Positions 24,900 through 35,906 of a DNA stretch of 64,000 nucleotides are shown here, in pieces. The notes beneath the pieces were generated by a model, which was not told the origin of the DNA, searched no databases, and saw only the letters and a list, made by a program, of their open reading frames with translations. The DNA lies in assembly GCA_000165345.1 (NCBI GenBank), contig CM000429.1, positions 224,001-288,000 on the forward strand, read 5' to 3'. Each line of letters starts with the position of its first letter. The stretch's first letter is position 1. A program made the translations under genes and the position numbers.

Positions 24900-25452
24900 T
24901 CTGGGACGGTAAGTGATTTGTTTATAGAAAATAAAATTATTAGAGTTATAGTCAAGAGGAAGTGATAGTGAATAAGTAGATGTAAATTTAAGAGAGAGAG
25001 AGAGAGAACGAGTGGATTCAGAGTAAATGAAGGTAAATTTTTCAAGAATTGATCAGAAAAAAAAAGAAACAAGTAAGAGTAAATCAATGGAAAATGAGGG
25101 GTGGTATGAAAGAACTAAGGTAGTGATAGAGAAGAGGTATGTTTAAGGAATTTATACAATAAATAGGCGAATAGGGAAAATGTTCGTGTATTCAAGGCGG
25201 CAAAGCCACACTTGTTTAGAATTGATTCTCTTAGACTTTTTGAGTTTATGTGAATAATTTTACTTCTGTATGACCTAAAATGATTATATTATTGTTTAAC
25301 AATATATAAAAAAAGTTTGTAAAAAAAAAGAATGACGTATTAAAATTATATAATTATTATAAAGGAAGCGAAAGAATCAAGTTAAGAATGTTTCTTGGCT
25401 TGTTTGTATTAAGGATTTGTGAGGTTTTTTCTTTTTTTTTTTCTCTTGATAT

Positions 25453-27309
25453 TTATTCCTCAAGGAGGAAATAATTTCCGGACATTTTTTGTTCTTTATC
25501 TTTGACAGAATCAAGTTTGTTAATTCTAGGTCTAAAGTTCATAGGATCTCTTCTGAAAGAGATTTCAAGGATTTTAAGGAATTTATTCATGCCAGTAACT
25601 AAATTCTCAGGTCTATGAGCAAAGCAATCAACACCAGGAGTACCGGTAAATAATATAACACGGTCAGCAAGATATGTAGCCATAATAAAGTCATGCTCAA
25701 CAACGAATGCAGTTTTTTGTGAGTGGAGAATAAATCTTTTAATGATTTTAGAGGCTGTAATTCTTTGCTCAGAGTCCAAGTAGGCCGATGGCTCATCAAT
25801 AAGATATATATCTGCTTTCTTACCAAGGGCAAGGATTAAAGCAACTCTTTGAAGCTCACCACCAGAAAGGAGCTTTACTTGTTGGTCAGAAATTCTCTCA
25901 ATATTGAATGGTTTTACAACTTCTGAGGTGAATTGAACATCCATAAATGAGTCTCTAATCTTCATCAAGAATAAATCTCGAACACTACCTTCAAATTTTG
26001 GTGATATAGTTTGTGGTTTGTATGATACATTAAATTCTGGCATTTGGTAATGATCTTTGTCAATTACATCAGAGTCATCAGGCTTGCTTACTCCTGCTAA
26101 AATCTTAATAAAGGTAGTTTTACCACATCCATTTTGTCCAAGCATAACAATAATCTCAGAATTTCCAAAATCTCCAGCTTCAGCTGAAAGCTTGAAAGAT
26201 CCCATTGTTTTTGTGAATCCTGGATACTTTACAAAATTAGATCTTTGCATCGCAATTTCATCTTGATCTACAATCTTGAAATTCAGTCCTTCTTCTCTAA
26301 ATCTCATATTTTCAGTAGGAACGAAACCATCCAGAAATATATTAATACCTTCTCTAACACTAAAAGGAGTAGTTACCACTCCATATACTCCAGGACTTCC
26401 CCATAAACAACAAACTAGATCTGATAAATAGTCTAATACTGAGAGATCATGCTCAACTACTATTACATAGTTTTCATGATTAAGTACATTTCTAATAACT
26501 TTAGCAGCATTAATTCTCTGCTTAATATCCAAATAGCTACTTGGCTCATCGTACATGTAAACCATACTAGCAACTGAAGTACTTACACATAAAGCAAATC
26601 TCTGTAGTTCTCCACCGCTTAATTCACCAACTTGTCTATCTAGTAAATGTCTTAGTTCAAGCTGATCTATTAGGGTTTCTGCAATAGACTTCTCATCTTT
26701 GGCATTAATAATATCACCAACTCTACCTTTAACTCTTTTTGGAATATGATCAACATATTGTGGTTTAATTACCGTCTTAAGCTCTCCATTCTGCATCTTG
26801 TTAAAGTATGTTTGCAATTCACTTCCTCTAAAATAAGCTATTACTTCTTTCCATTCTAACTCCTTTGTGTAATCTCCAAGATTTGGACGAAGCTTTCCAC
26901 TCAATATTTGCAAAGCTGTACTCTTTCCTATACCATTGGTACCAACTAATCCTAAAACTTGCCCTGGACGCGGTACAGGTAATCTATGTAATTTAAAGCT
27001 ATTCTTACCGTATCTATGTGTTGTGTCTTTACTCATATTCTTTGGCAAATTAATAATTGTAATTGCAGAATATGGACATTTCTTAACACAAATACCACAC
27101 CCAATACAGAGAGGTTCTGAAATGGAGGCAATTTTACTTGAAGAATCCACCTCTACACAAAGCTTTCCTGTTCTTACCACTGGACAGAACGATTTACATT
27201 CTTGTCGACAATTCTTAGGCTTACATCTATCCGCTTCCACAATAGCTATTCTCAAACGACTTTCATTTTCGTCCCCTCCGCCACTCTTTGTACTCTTTTT
27301 TGGTGGCAT
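25453..27309 (-). CDS. ABCE1: ABCE1 / RNase L inhibitor (Rli1): N-terminal Fe-S domain plus two ABC ATPase domains
   Basis: Ferredoxin-like cysteines ([11 protein letters not shown]...[12 protein letters not shown]). Two Walker A motifs ([18 protein letters not shown]). Two signature motifs LSGGELQR. 618 aa. Confidence 0.95.
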   Translation of the reverse strand: MPPKKSTKSGGGDENESRLRIAIVEADRCKPKNCRQECKSFCPVVRTGKLCVEVDSSSKIASISEPLCIGCGICVKKCPYSAITIINLPKNMSKDTTHRYGKNSFKLHRLPVPRPGQVLGLVGTNGIGKSTALQILSGKLRPNLGDYTKELEWKEVIAYFRGSELQTYFNKMQNGELKTVIKPQYVDHIPKRVKGRVGDIINAKDEKSIAETLIDQLELRHLLDRQVGELSGGELQRFALCVSTSVASMVYMYDEPSSYLDIKQRINAAKVIRNVLNHENYVIVVEHDLSVLDYLSDLVCCLWGSPGVYGVVTTPFSVREGINIFLDGFVPTENMRFREEGLNFKIVDQDEIAMQRSNFVKYPGFTKTMGSFKLSAEAGDFGNSEIIVMLGQNGCGKTTFIKILAGVSKPDDSDVIDKDHYQMPEFNVSYKPQTISPKFEGSVRDLFLMKIRDSFMDVQFTSEVVKPFNIERISDQQVKLLSGGELQRVALILALGKKADIYLIDEPSAYLDSEQRITASKIIKRFILHSQKTAFVVEHDFIMATYLADRVILFTGTPGVDCFAHRPENLVTGMNKFLKILEISFRRDPMNFRPRINKLDSVKDKEQKMSGNYFLLEE

Positions 27310-27574
27310 TCTTCCTTTATAAATAAATATATATTTTCAGCTATTTTAGCCCTATTTTCTTCCTTGTATTGATTTATTAGTACTTTGATTTTTAAGAGTT
27401 AACAATCAAAGTATTTAATTTATGTATCATGTATAATATTAAATGCTTGAATTAAATAATTATTTAATCAATTTTAATCAAATTGCTATTTATTAATTAT
27501 TAAATTTTTATTTTATTTAATATTATACATAATAAATATATTTAATTACCCTGCCAAATTCCAACAAACTTTAG

Positions 27575-27582
27575 GCGGGAAC
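27575..27582. promoter_or_regulatory. E2F-like GGCGGGAA in the ABCE1 upstream region
   Basis: About 265 bp upstream of the ABCE1 start codon (minus strand). Confidence 0.35.
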
Positions 27583-27924
27583 CATTGAAGTCTGACATTT
27601 TCTTTATAAATAAATAAATTAATCCTTTTATTAAAAATTTGTGGGCATTTTGGAATATAAATGCGAGGAAAAGCATAAATATTTCCAAAAATTTCTCTTT
27701 AAAATCTTTTTCTTGAGTTTCTTTTGGAATTTCACTCTGAAAGAATTGTATAAAACAAAATAGGGCCAATTAAAAAAAGGTAAGAACTGTAGCTGGAAGT
27801 AGTTATAACAGAAAGCAGAGACTATTTGTAAAGTTAACAAGAGAAAGGAGCTATTTAAGCACAAAATGTCCTTGCTCTGGTTTCTTCTGAGAACCCGCCT
27901 AATACTTTGATTTAAAAAAATCAA

Positions 27925-27961
27925 TGCATGCACAAAGGCTGAATGTGGATTTGGCGGGAAT
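27925..27961. promoter_or_regulatory. TGCATGCA (27925..27932) plus TTTGGCGGGAAT (27950..27961)
   Basis: Direct read. It lies between the transhydrogenase stop and the ABCE1 start. Confidence 0.4.
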
Positions 27962-28085
27962 CTCGAGTTTAGTCTGATTACTTGTAGTTCTTGAACAGTT
28001 ACTCTGAATATGAAATTACTGCTATTATTTTAATATATAAAGTTTGGGATGATTTGAGAATGCTATAAAGTTGAAAATAAATTAT

Positions 28086-31000
28086 TTAGGATGTAAAAAG
28101 AGTAAGCATTTTGTTTGTGACGTAGAATCCACCAAAAGTATTGATAGAGGCCAAAAATGTAGAGAACATGGACATTAAGGTAGTATATGTTACAGTTTGG
28201 TTCCCATATTGCATCATACTACCAATGATGATTACTCCAGAAAGAGCATTAGTTACTGACATTAAAGGTGTATGTAGTTTAGGATCCACATCCCATACAC
28301 AGTAATATCCCAACATGGTTGAAATGATAAAGGAAAAGATATTTTGGATCTGAATTGTAGTCATTGTGAGTCCTAATACTGTGAAGAAAAGAGTAGCAAG
28401 TATTACTCCAGCATAAAAGTTTACTCCTCCATTCAATTGCTTATCAAAGTTTTTAAATTCTTTCATGACTTTTTGTAAATACCCATCGATTTCAGTTTTT
28501 GAGCAAAAAACAGAAGTTTTACTTGTGGTTGTATCTTCATCCTTGATAGAAATGAGAGTTGACTGCTTTGAAATATTTTCAAGAAGACTCTTCTTTTCTA
28601 ACATTTCTTGGTTTTCGTGCTTCTCTTGATTTTGTTCAGTAAAAGGTCTCCAAAGCATCTTATTTTCATGAGCAACACACATTTTTGAAATGATTTCATT
28701 GTTCAAATCACATTTAAACCTATCAGATGTTGGCCCTAATTCACTAATTAAAGATAATAAGTTTCCAGAAAACAATTCACTGCTTTGTAATGGCATTGAA
28801 AATACATAGTTACATTTTCCAATAATTGTTGTTCCTGATTGAACATCAGAGAATGTTCTGTCTTTCTGGGTTAATTCACAGTTACCTCCAAATTCTGAGC
28901 AAAGATCTACAATAACTGATCCACTCTTCATCTTTCTTACAGCTTCTTTTGTAATCAAAATTGGGCATTCCTCACCAGGTTTACATGCTGATGTGATTAC
29001 AATATCTGAGATACACAAATACTTTTCAATTAAATCCCTCTGCTTTTTCAATATTTCCTCTTTTCTGAGAGATTCTCCCTCACTTGGGACTTGGATAAAC
29101 CTTGCTCCACAGCTTTCTGCTTCTTCCTTTGAAGTAGATCGTGAATCCATTGCAAACACTTTTGTTCCCATACTTTTTGCTGTAGCAATGGCCTGTAGAC
29201 CAGCAACACCTGCTCCTATGACTAATACTGTTGACTCTTCAACATTACCCGCTGCACTGGAAATTGATTTACTAATTCTTGGAAGATAATTAAAAGCATC
29301 AACTACTGCTCTATATCCAGAAATTGTGCTTGTTGTAGTTCTAATATCCATAGTTTGAGCACGAGAAGTTCTTGGAACTTCATCCAAAGCTATCACAGTT
29401 ACTCCATTCTTTGTTAAGCTTGCTAGTAGTTGATCTTGGCTGTTCTCCTTATCTTGGTACTGACTTATATGCATGTTACAAATTAAAAACTGTCCTTGTT
29501 TCATGCACTTTGCTTCCTTCTCACTTGGTCTAGCCATCTTGATCACTACATCACATTCCTTGATTAACTCCTCAATATTTTTATATACAAGAGCTCCACT
29601 TCTCATATATATCTCCTCTGAGAAATATTTGGACTGGAATGATGAAGTTAAAACATCTCTGGAAATTGCTACTTCATATCCCTTTTCTCTAAACTTATAC
29701 ACTTTAGAAGGAGGTATCGGGAATAATAAAGTTTTATCTTGTTCTGAAACTATTGGTAAAAGAGCAATTTTTTTTGAACCTTTGTTAGCACTCATAGATA
29801 CTTTCTCTGTCTCTGTTTCTGCTCCACCGGCTTTCTTGCTCCTAGAACTAACATTTCCTGAAGTCTTGGATGATTTTCTTTGCTTTGAAGAAAGTAAAGC
29901 TGTCGTAACCTCATCAGTATCTTCAACTTCTTCTATCTCTTCTGTTACCCTTGAATCTATATATTGCCTTGGAACAAATCCTGCACATCCTTTTAATATC
30001 TTATATACTTGTTGAAGAGTTTCTCTTGAATCACCAAGTAACATTCTGGTTCTTTCACATGTAAAGAGTTCATTTTCAATGCATGCATATCCATATGCTA
30101 AGGATCTTTTTGAAACTACGACTTGTTTTGCTTTCCAAACATTTATTACTGGCATTCCTGAAATCTTACTTTGAGGGTCCAAAGCTGCAGGATTAACTAT
30201 ATCATTAGCTCCTACCACTAATACCAAATCATACTCGTGCATGCAATTGTTCACAGCATCCATCTCTTTAACAATTCTGCTTGGTACTCCTGATTCAGCA
30301 AGTAAAACATTCATATGGCCTGGCATTCTTCCAGCCACTGGATGAATTCCAATTTCTACTATTGTACTTCTAGACTCTAATTCTTTAATTATATCAGAAA
30401 TTATATCTTGACATTTACTTACTGCCATACCATATCCTGGTACTATAAGTATCTTTGACGATTCAGCTAATATCTCAGCAGTTTCTTTTGAACTTGTAGT
30501 ATAACATTTTGTATCTCCTACCATCTTTTCTGTCTCTTCCTGATCAAATCCTCCAAGAAGAACTGAAACAAAGTCTCTATTCATTCCTTTACACATTATA
30601 TATGAAAGTATTGCACCACTTGAACCAATTAAAGCTCCACTTATAATTAAGAGACTATTGTCCAAAAGAAATCCTGTAATAGCCGTAGACCAACCACTGT
30701 AGCTATTTAACATACTTATTATTACTGGCATGTCAGCTCCTCCAATACTTATAATCATAAATATCCCAAATAAAGCTGAAAGAATCATTCCACAATGTAA
30801 GTTGGTTGTTATTACTAACTCGTTATTGGATACACAAAATGATAATCCTGTCATACATATTGAAAAAAGTAAAATTGAAAGTGATACATTCTTTAATGGT
30901 ATCTTTACACTCTTACTTGGAATAATATCATCCAACTTCAATGCTGCAATGACCGAACCAACAAAAGTTATCATACCCATAACACCTCCTACAAATAATT

Positions 31001-31529
31001 CCATTCTTCTTAAGACATAGATTCCTTCCTTCATCCCAATAGAAGAATAGAAATAAGAATATGATACAAATAATGCTGCCAATCCAACAAGACTGTGAAA
31101 TATCGCAACCAATTGTGGCATTTTTATTAATTGAGTTTTATCTGCAATATAAACACCAACAGCTCCTGATACTATTGTTGCCAAAAAGAATACAAAGTAG
31201 TGATTTCCAAAACCTTCTTCTGATAACGATACCAATATTGCTACCATCATTCCTACAAACCCTACTATATTACTTCTATATGCAGTCTTTTCAGATGATA
31301 ACCCTTTAATGCAATAAATAAAGCATAAAGCTGCAAAAAATTGGCCTGCCATTGTCAAAGACCCTGAATTACTTGTTTGATAAATCTCTGAGAGTCCCAA
31401 AAACAAGCTTTTACCACCTTCCTCCATTAACTTTCCTTGTAGTCTTGCATCCACACCATTAAGTGCAAAAATCACTAATAATACCACTGAAAATACTAAT
31501 AATCCTAATTTCATACTTAATTTCCTCAT
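28086..31529 (-). CDS. pntBA-like: Proton-translocating NAD(P) transhydrogenase, single-chain fusion in beta-then-alpha order (TM + dIII, then dI + TM)
   Basis: 1147 aa. The N-terminal half has multi-TM and NADP(H)-binding dIII motifs (GYGMAVSKCQ, VEIGIHPVAGRMPGHMNVLLAE, VVGANDIVNPAA). The C-terminal half has alanine-dehydrogenase-like dI (VLVIGAGVAGLQAIATAKSMG), followed by more TM helices. Confidence 0.9.
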   Translation of the reverse strand: MRKLSMKLGLLVFSVVLLVIFALNGVDARLQGKLMEEGGKSLFLGLSEIYQTSNSGSLTMAGQFFAALCFIYCIKGLSSEKTAYRSNIVGFVGMMVAILVSLSEEGFGNHYFVFFLATIVSGAVGVYIADKTQLIKMPQLVAIFHSLVGLAALFVSYSYFYSSIGMKEGIYVLRRMELFVGGVMGMITFVGSVIAALKLDDIIPSKSVKIPLKNVSLSILLFSICMTGLSFCVSNNELVITTNLHCGMILSALFGIFMIISIGGADMPVIISMLNSYSGWSTAITGFLLDNSLLIISGALIGSSGAILSYIMCKGMNRDFVSVLLGGFDQEETEKMVGDTKCYTTSSKETAEILAESSKILIVPGYGMAVSKCQDIISDIIKELESRSTIVEIGIHPVAGRMPGHMNVLLAESGVPSRIVKEMDAVNNCMHEYDLVLVVGANDIVNPAALDPQSKISGMPVINVWKAKQVVVSKRSLAYGYACIENELFTCERTRMLLGDSRETLQQVYKILKGCAGFVPRQYIDSRVTEEIEEVEDTDEVTTALLSSKQRKSSKTSGNVSSRSKKAGGAETETEKVSMSANKGSKKIALLPIVSEQDKTLLFPIPPSKVYKFREKGYEVAISRDVLTSSFQSKYFSEEIYMRSGALVYKNIEELIKECDVVIKMARPSEKEAKCMKQGQFLICNMHISQYQDKENSQDQLLASLTKNGVTVIALDEVPRTSRAQTMDIRTTTSTISGYRAVVDAFNYLPRISKSISSAAGNVEESTVLVIGAGVAGLQAIATAKSMGTKVFAMDSRSTSKEEAESCGARFIQVPSEGESLRKEEILKKQRDLIEKYLCISDIVITSACKPGEECPILITKEAVRKMKSGSVIVDLCSEFGGNCELTQKDRTFSDVQSGTTIIGKCNYVFSMPLQSSELFSGNLLSLISELGPTSDRFKCDLNNEIISKMCVAHENKMLWRPFTEQNQEKHENQEMLEKKSLLENISKQSTLISIKDEDTTTSKTSVFCSKTEIDGYLQKVMKEFKNFDKQLNGGVNFYAGVILATLFFTVLGLTMTTIQIQNIFSFIISTMLGYYCVWDVDPKLHTPLMSVTNALSGVIIIGSMMQYGNQTVTYTTLMSMFSTFLASINTFGGFYVTNKMLTLFTS

Positions 31530-31653
31530 TTTTACCCTTTACAATAATTTTTAATAATTTTTGTAAATTATTACTTTTTTTTTCTCTATTACAGAGATGA
31601 CGCTCTATTGTGCATATCCACATGCAATGACGAATTTCATGCAATTTTGAAAA

Positions 31654-31666
31654 ATGCATGCATGCA
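31654..31666. promoter_or_regulatory. ATGCATGCATGCA, an overlapping double AP2-like site in the transhydrogenase upstream region
   Basis: About 130 bp upstream of the start at 31529 (minus strand). Additional CATGCAAT half-sites are at 31621..31645. Confidence 0.45.
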
Positions 31667-31808
31667 AAAACATTCCGGTATATAAACTAATAATTATTTG
31701 AAAGAGAGGAAATAAAGTTAAAATTGAGAGTTGTTAATATATATATTAACAATAAAAAGAAAGAATTGAGATAATTATTATATAATCCTTTTAGTAATAA
31801 TTAAAAGT

Positions 31809-32726
31809 TTAAAATGATATAAACCACCAATAAGAATCAGGCGAAGTTTCAACTTGGACCATTGTATTTATTCCAGAACCAAGATTACACCATTCAGTTG
31901 GATCAAACCCTTGAAAATTGGTTTCTGAAAATACTTCCTCATTCTGAATAGAAGTAATATCTGTTTTATTTAAATTCTCACATTGCTGTTTCCAAAAATC
32001 AATATCTTTACAAGCATTTAACAAATCTTCTTGCAAGGACTTGATTTGGGATGTATATGCAACTGAAACAAGCTTAGAGCTATTTTGTGAATCTTGTATT
32101 GTCTTATGAAGATTTTGAACAGCTTCTTGTGTAGCATTTAGCTCCTCATTTAATGACTCAATTCTTTGTTCTTGTGATATGTTATTTAAACTTAGTTCTA
32201 CAAATGATCGAAAAATGAGTCTATAAGCATCCTCAATATCTCCAGAAGATTCAAGCTTGGATACAAATTCATCTCCATCATCCAATATTTGAGTTTCTTC
32301 TAATGCAATATTAATAAATTCTTCAAAAATGTAATCCTCAGGAGACTTTGATATTTTTGATGTAGAATCACTATTAACAACAGCTTTATTACTATCAATT
32401 TTTGACTCAAACGGCCCTTTAAGTAAATTGCAATTTCGATTATACTCTTTTTGCATCTCTAGTTGATTTCTTTCAATTAGTAACTTCTTCAAGCTTTCAA
32501 TTTCTGAGTTTTTCTCCTCAATCTCAAGCTTTGCAGCATGAAAAGCTGCTTCCCATACCTTTTTCTCACTAACTAAAACCTCAATTGCATTATCAAGTTC
32601 TTCTTCATCTTCTTCTTGAGGAATATTTGCTTGATCTTTATTCGTTTGTAGTTGAGAAATGCTTTCTTCATCAAACAGATTTTTCTCCTGATCATAATCT
32701 AGCATTTCTATCTGCTTTTGGAGCAA
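31809..32726 (-). CDS. Hypothetical coiled-coil protein
   Basis: 305-aa ORF rich in E/K/Q/L heptad-like sequence. No recognisable domain. Confidence 0.45.
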   Translation of the reverse strand: MLQKQIEMLDYDQEKNLFDEESISQLQTNKDQANIPQEEDEEELDNAIEVLVSEKKVWEAAFHAAKLEIEEKNSEIESLKKLLIERNQLEMQKEYNRNCNLLKGPFESKIDSNKAVVNSDSTSKISKSPEDYIFEEFINIALEETQILDDGDEFVSKLESSGDIEDAYRLIFRSFVELSLNNISQEQRIESLNEELNATQEAVQNLHKTIQDSQNSSKLVSVAYTSQIKSLQEDLLNACKDIDFWKQQCENLNKTDITSIQNEEVFSETNFQGFDPTEWCNLGSGINTMVQVETSPDSYWWFISF

Positions 32727-33184
32727 TAATCTACCTTTTATTCATGTTCTGAGAGTTTTTTGTTGATTAATATGGCCTTTTTACTTAACTGAATTTTGTT
32801 TTTTAAATATATATTTATGGATTAAGTAATTCGGCGCGTAATTCCACTTGGTCATGAAATTATACATGGGGCGTTTAGATTAATATTAGAATAGTGATAA
32901 TCATTAGAATTAAAAAAAAAAAAATAAAAAATAAAAAGTATTTTAATAAAGATACACAAATGCAAGTCTTACAACTAAATTTATTATTTCCTAAAAATAA
33001 TAGTATTTATTGAACTTAATTATCAAACTTGAAATGTGTTATTATCGTTGTAAAAATTTTCCTAGTAAATCATATATAATAATAAGAAGCTACAAATAAT
33101 AGTTAATTCTTAAATATGTATCTTATTTATTAATTAAAAAAAAAAAAAATAATATGAACATTTTTTTAAAAACTATTTAATCAA

Positions 33185-33221
33185 TTGCATGCATTTTCTA
33201 TCCACATAAAAATGCATGCAT
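33185..33221. promoter_or_regulatory. TTGCATGCA (33185..33193) plus ATGCATGCAT (33212..33221) in a divergent promoter region
   Basis: Direct read. It lies between divergent genes starting at 32726 (-) and 33659 (+). Confidence 0.45.
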
Positions 33222-33658
33222 TTACTCACGTGTATTATTCTGAAAAAAAATACATGCGTAAGTTTGTACATTAAAAAAATTTATATAAATATGGCTTAAA
33301 TAACTGATTAAATAACAATAATTCAGTAATTAATGTAAAAATAATTTTAATTAGATAAAATATAACTCAAACTTTTAAATATAATTTATTTAAAAAAAAT
33401 AAATAAATAATAGCGGCAAAACACACTATTAATAATATTACGTATGAAATCGTCAGTGTGGCTATAAAGGCAAAGAAAAATTATTAATATAAAGATTAAA
33501 AGAGAACTAGAGTAAAAAGAATATAATTATAAATAATAAATAGAATATATACATAAATTTATTTATTTATAAGTCGGCTTGTAATAAATTAGACAATATA
33601 TATCATATATTTATATATATGGAGTAAAGAAGTAGATTATCTAAAGGATAATCATTTT

Positions 33659-34372
33659 TTGGAAAATTCAGAAAGAATGAACGATCTGGATGATTCAACT
33701 TTTAGATTCTATACGAGTCCAGAAGATAGAAATGAGTTGGTAAATTATAGGTCTTCTCTATCAAAATTTGACCATGACGAATTTATGCTTCAATCTACAG
33801 CAAGACAGTCTGGATATGTAGTCAATTCATATATACATGGAAGAGCAGCTTCAGAATATAGTTGCAGTAGTGGCAGTTTTCGTGATTTAAATTCAAGTGC
33901 GGAACAGACAACTTTTGAGAGGTCACTATCTCCAGTTAACCGTACATTAGACACTACTACATCTGAAGTTTCTACAATTCCTTCGGCAAGATCTATTGTT
34001 GAATGTAATAGGAGGGGTAGATCTCCAAGTCTATCATATACAGTAACTACTTTGCAAGCTCAAAGAGGCGCAAATCAAGCATTTAAAGGGTTAACAAATA
34101 CTAACAATAATATAGGCTGGAATAACAACCAATTAATAAGTTCAAATGATAGAAATCCACTATGCACTCTTACAATGAAAAGCATTGATTTAAATCCTCC
34201 ATGTTTAAGTGAAGATAATTTAAGCACTACCAGAGTAATTAATAATGGTATGCTAACTGGTTCTGTGAAAAATAAAAATTATACTGACAAAACTGCAAGA
34301 TCTTCTCTTTGCACATTCTTCGACTTTTGTAATTGTTTTGGTCCCAGGGTCAAAGATATCCATAATTTATAG
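33659..34372 (+). CDS. Hypothetical Ser/Thr/Asn-rich protein
   Basis: 237-aa ORF in gene-dense context. No domain recognised. The start codon is uncertain. Confidence 0.4.
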   Translation: MENSERMNDLDDSTFRFYTSPEDRNELVNYRSSLSKFDHDEFMLQSTARQSGYVVNSYIHGRAASEYSCSSGSFRDLNSSAEQTTFERSLSPVNRTLDTTTSEVSTIPSARSIVECNRRGRSPSLSYTVTTLQAQRGANQAFKGLTNTNNNIGWNNNQLISSNDRNPLCTLTMKSIDLNPPCLSEDNLSTTRVINNGMLTGSVKNKNYTDKTARSSLCTFFDFCNCFGPRVKDIHNL

Positions 34373-34726
34373 TATAATCTACAAGAATAGATTTCATAAT
34401 TTTATCATGACTATCATTTTCTTTTTTTTCCTTTAAATTCATTTTCTAAAAGCTAAGTTTCATTTGCTATTTTTTATATATATAATATTTATTATTTTAT
34501 GCATGTAGAAAAATAATCTAGTATACAAAAAGAGTCAATCTAAGCTTACTTAAACTTCCTACGTGCTTATCTTTGATATTCAAAAGACTGTGGGATCTCT
34601 ATTTTTCAACTAATTTCGCTTGTAGTATACGTTTCTTAATTACTCTGGATTCCTATAAATCCTTCTTTATTATATTGTATTGACTATATCAAAAGTAATC
34701 TTCTATAGTAATAAATAAAATAACAC

Positions 34727-34738
34727 TTTGGCGCCAAA
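34727..34738. promoter_or_regulatory. Perfect palindromic E2F site TTTGGCGCCAAA, 62 bp upstream of the ATG at 34800
   Basis: Direct read. It is a 12-bp perfect palindrome matching the TTTSGCGC consensus on both strands. Confidence 0.55.
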
Positions 34739-34799
34739 TGTTTAAATTATAACTAGCTAAAAAAGTAAAAATATAAATGTCGGTAATAAAAAATTAATA

Positions 34800-35847
34800 A
34801 TGGAATACAAAAACAAAAAGTTTGTAGTATTTCCAGATACAAATACTGGCTTGGAAAGAAACTTAACTATAATTACTTTACCTCATCCTAGTGTTAGCAC
34901 ACTCTGCGAATATTTGTTTGACACAGTTAATAATGAGGTATATGAAATTTTTGAATTGTCAGAGAGATCTAGTGGGATAAAGCCATCTGCATTTTTTGGA
35001 AATGATTGTATTTCAAAATTAGAACTTTGTGGAGCAGTAAATGTCGACACTTTTTTCTTTTTAATTTCAGCTTTAGTTTTTGCCAGAAATAAAAAGTATG
35101 TAAATAAAGAACTTTCTCAAGTTGTTATATATTATATTAGTAATCTAAAGCTAGAATTGGAACAGAGTGATTTTGACTTATTTGATGAGGTTAAGGATGG
35201 CATTTTAGAACTGTTTCAGAAATTTCTTTTAGATACCAAATTAATTGAAAAGATTGAAAAAGTTTGTGATATTTCATTAGGTAAGTTATAATTTTAATAA
35301 TATTCTTCTTTTACTCATTTTTTTTATGTGTTTAGAAGGAAAAAATTCAACAAATAGTGAAAACCAACCTAAAAAATTCACTCTAAACGATGAAAAACTT
35401 TTAAATTATCTCTCTGAAAGAGTTATTAAAACTGCAAAAATTTCTACTGAAAGAGGTCTTATACTTAATGATTATTATAGCGAACAAGGAACAAATTCTC
35501 CACATACATCACTTTCCCAAGTTCCCGCCCAGGAAATTGCATGCGATATGTTATTTGCATGTATTCCAAAATCTCTGACAAATGTCGGAGAGAGACTAAA
35601 GAGAAGATTTGGAGAGTATAAGACAACAAATGACTCAGGAAACACTGATAAAAATAATGCTTCTTTAAATAAAAACCCAAAGAATCAATATATTGGAGTT
35701 AAAAGAGGTATTAATAAGAGAGCTCCTCCTATTATTACAAAGTCTACACCATCCAAAAGAGCGCCACCACACAAATCATTAAAACTAAATGTAAATAATG
35801 ACGTGTCAAATGGTAATATATTAGAATTCTTAAAAAAAAAAAAATAG
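34800..35847 (+). CDS. Hypothetical protein encoded by two exons (34800..35280 and 35336..35847) joined across a 55-nt intron
   Basis: GTAAGT is at 35281 and the acceptor TTTAG ends at 35335. The reading frame is preserved across the junction (...CDISL-E-GKNSTNSEN...). The ORF track lists this as two separate ORFs (34800..35291 and 35326..35847). Confidence 0.6.
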
Positions 35848-35906
35848 AATAAATATTTGAATTAAAATAAAATATTATATTAACTTATGAATTAAAAATA
35901 AAACTG

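Noticed and set aside
24903-24926. GTAAGT...TTTATAG looking like an intron at 24903..24926
   Set aside because: It is only about 24 nt, too short for a spliceosomal intron, and no ORF lies on either side.
31459-31659. ORF 31459..31659 (-) overlapping the transhydrogenase start and promoter
   Set aside because: It overlaps the first codons of the transhydrogenase and its GCATGC-rich promoter. The cysteines arise from the TGCATGCA motifs being read in frame.
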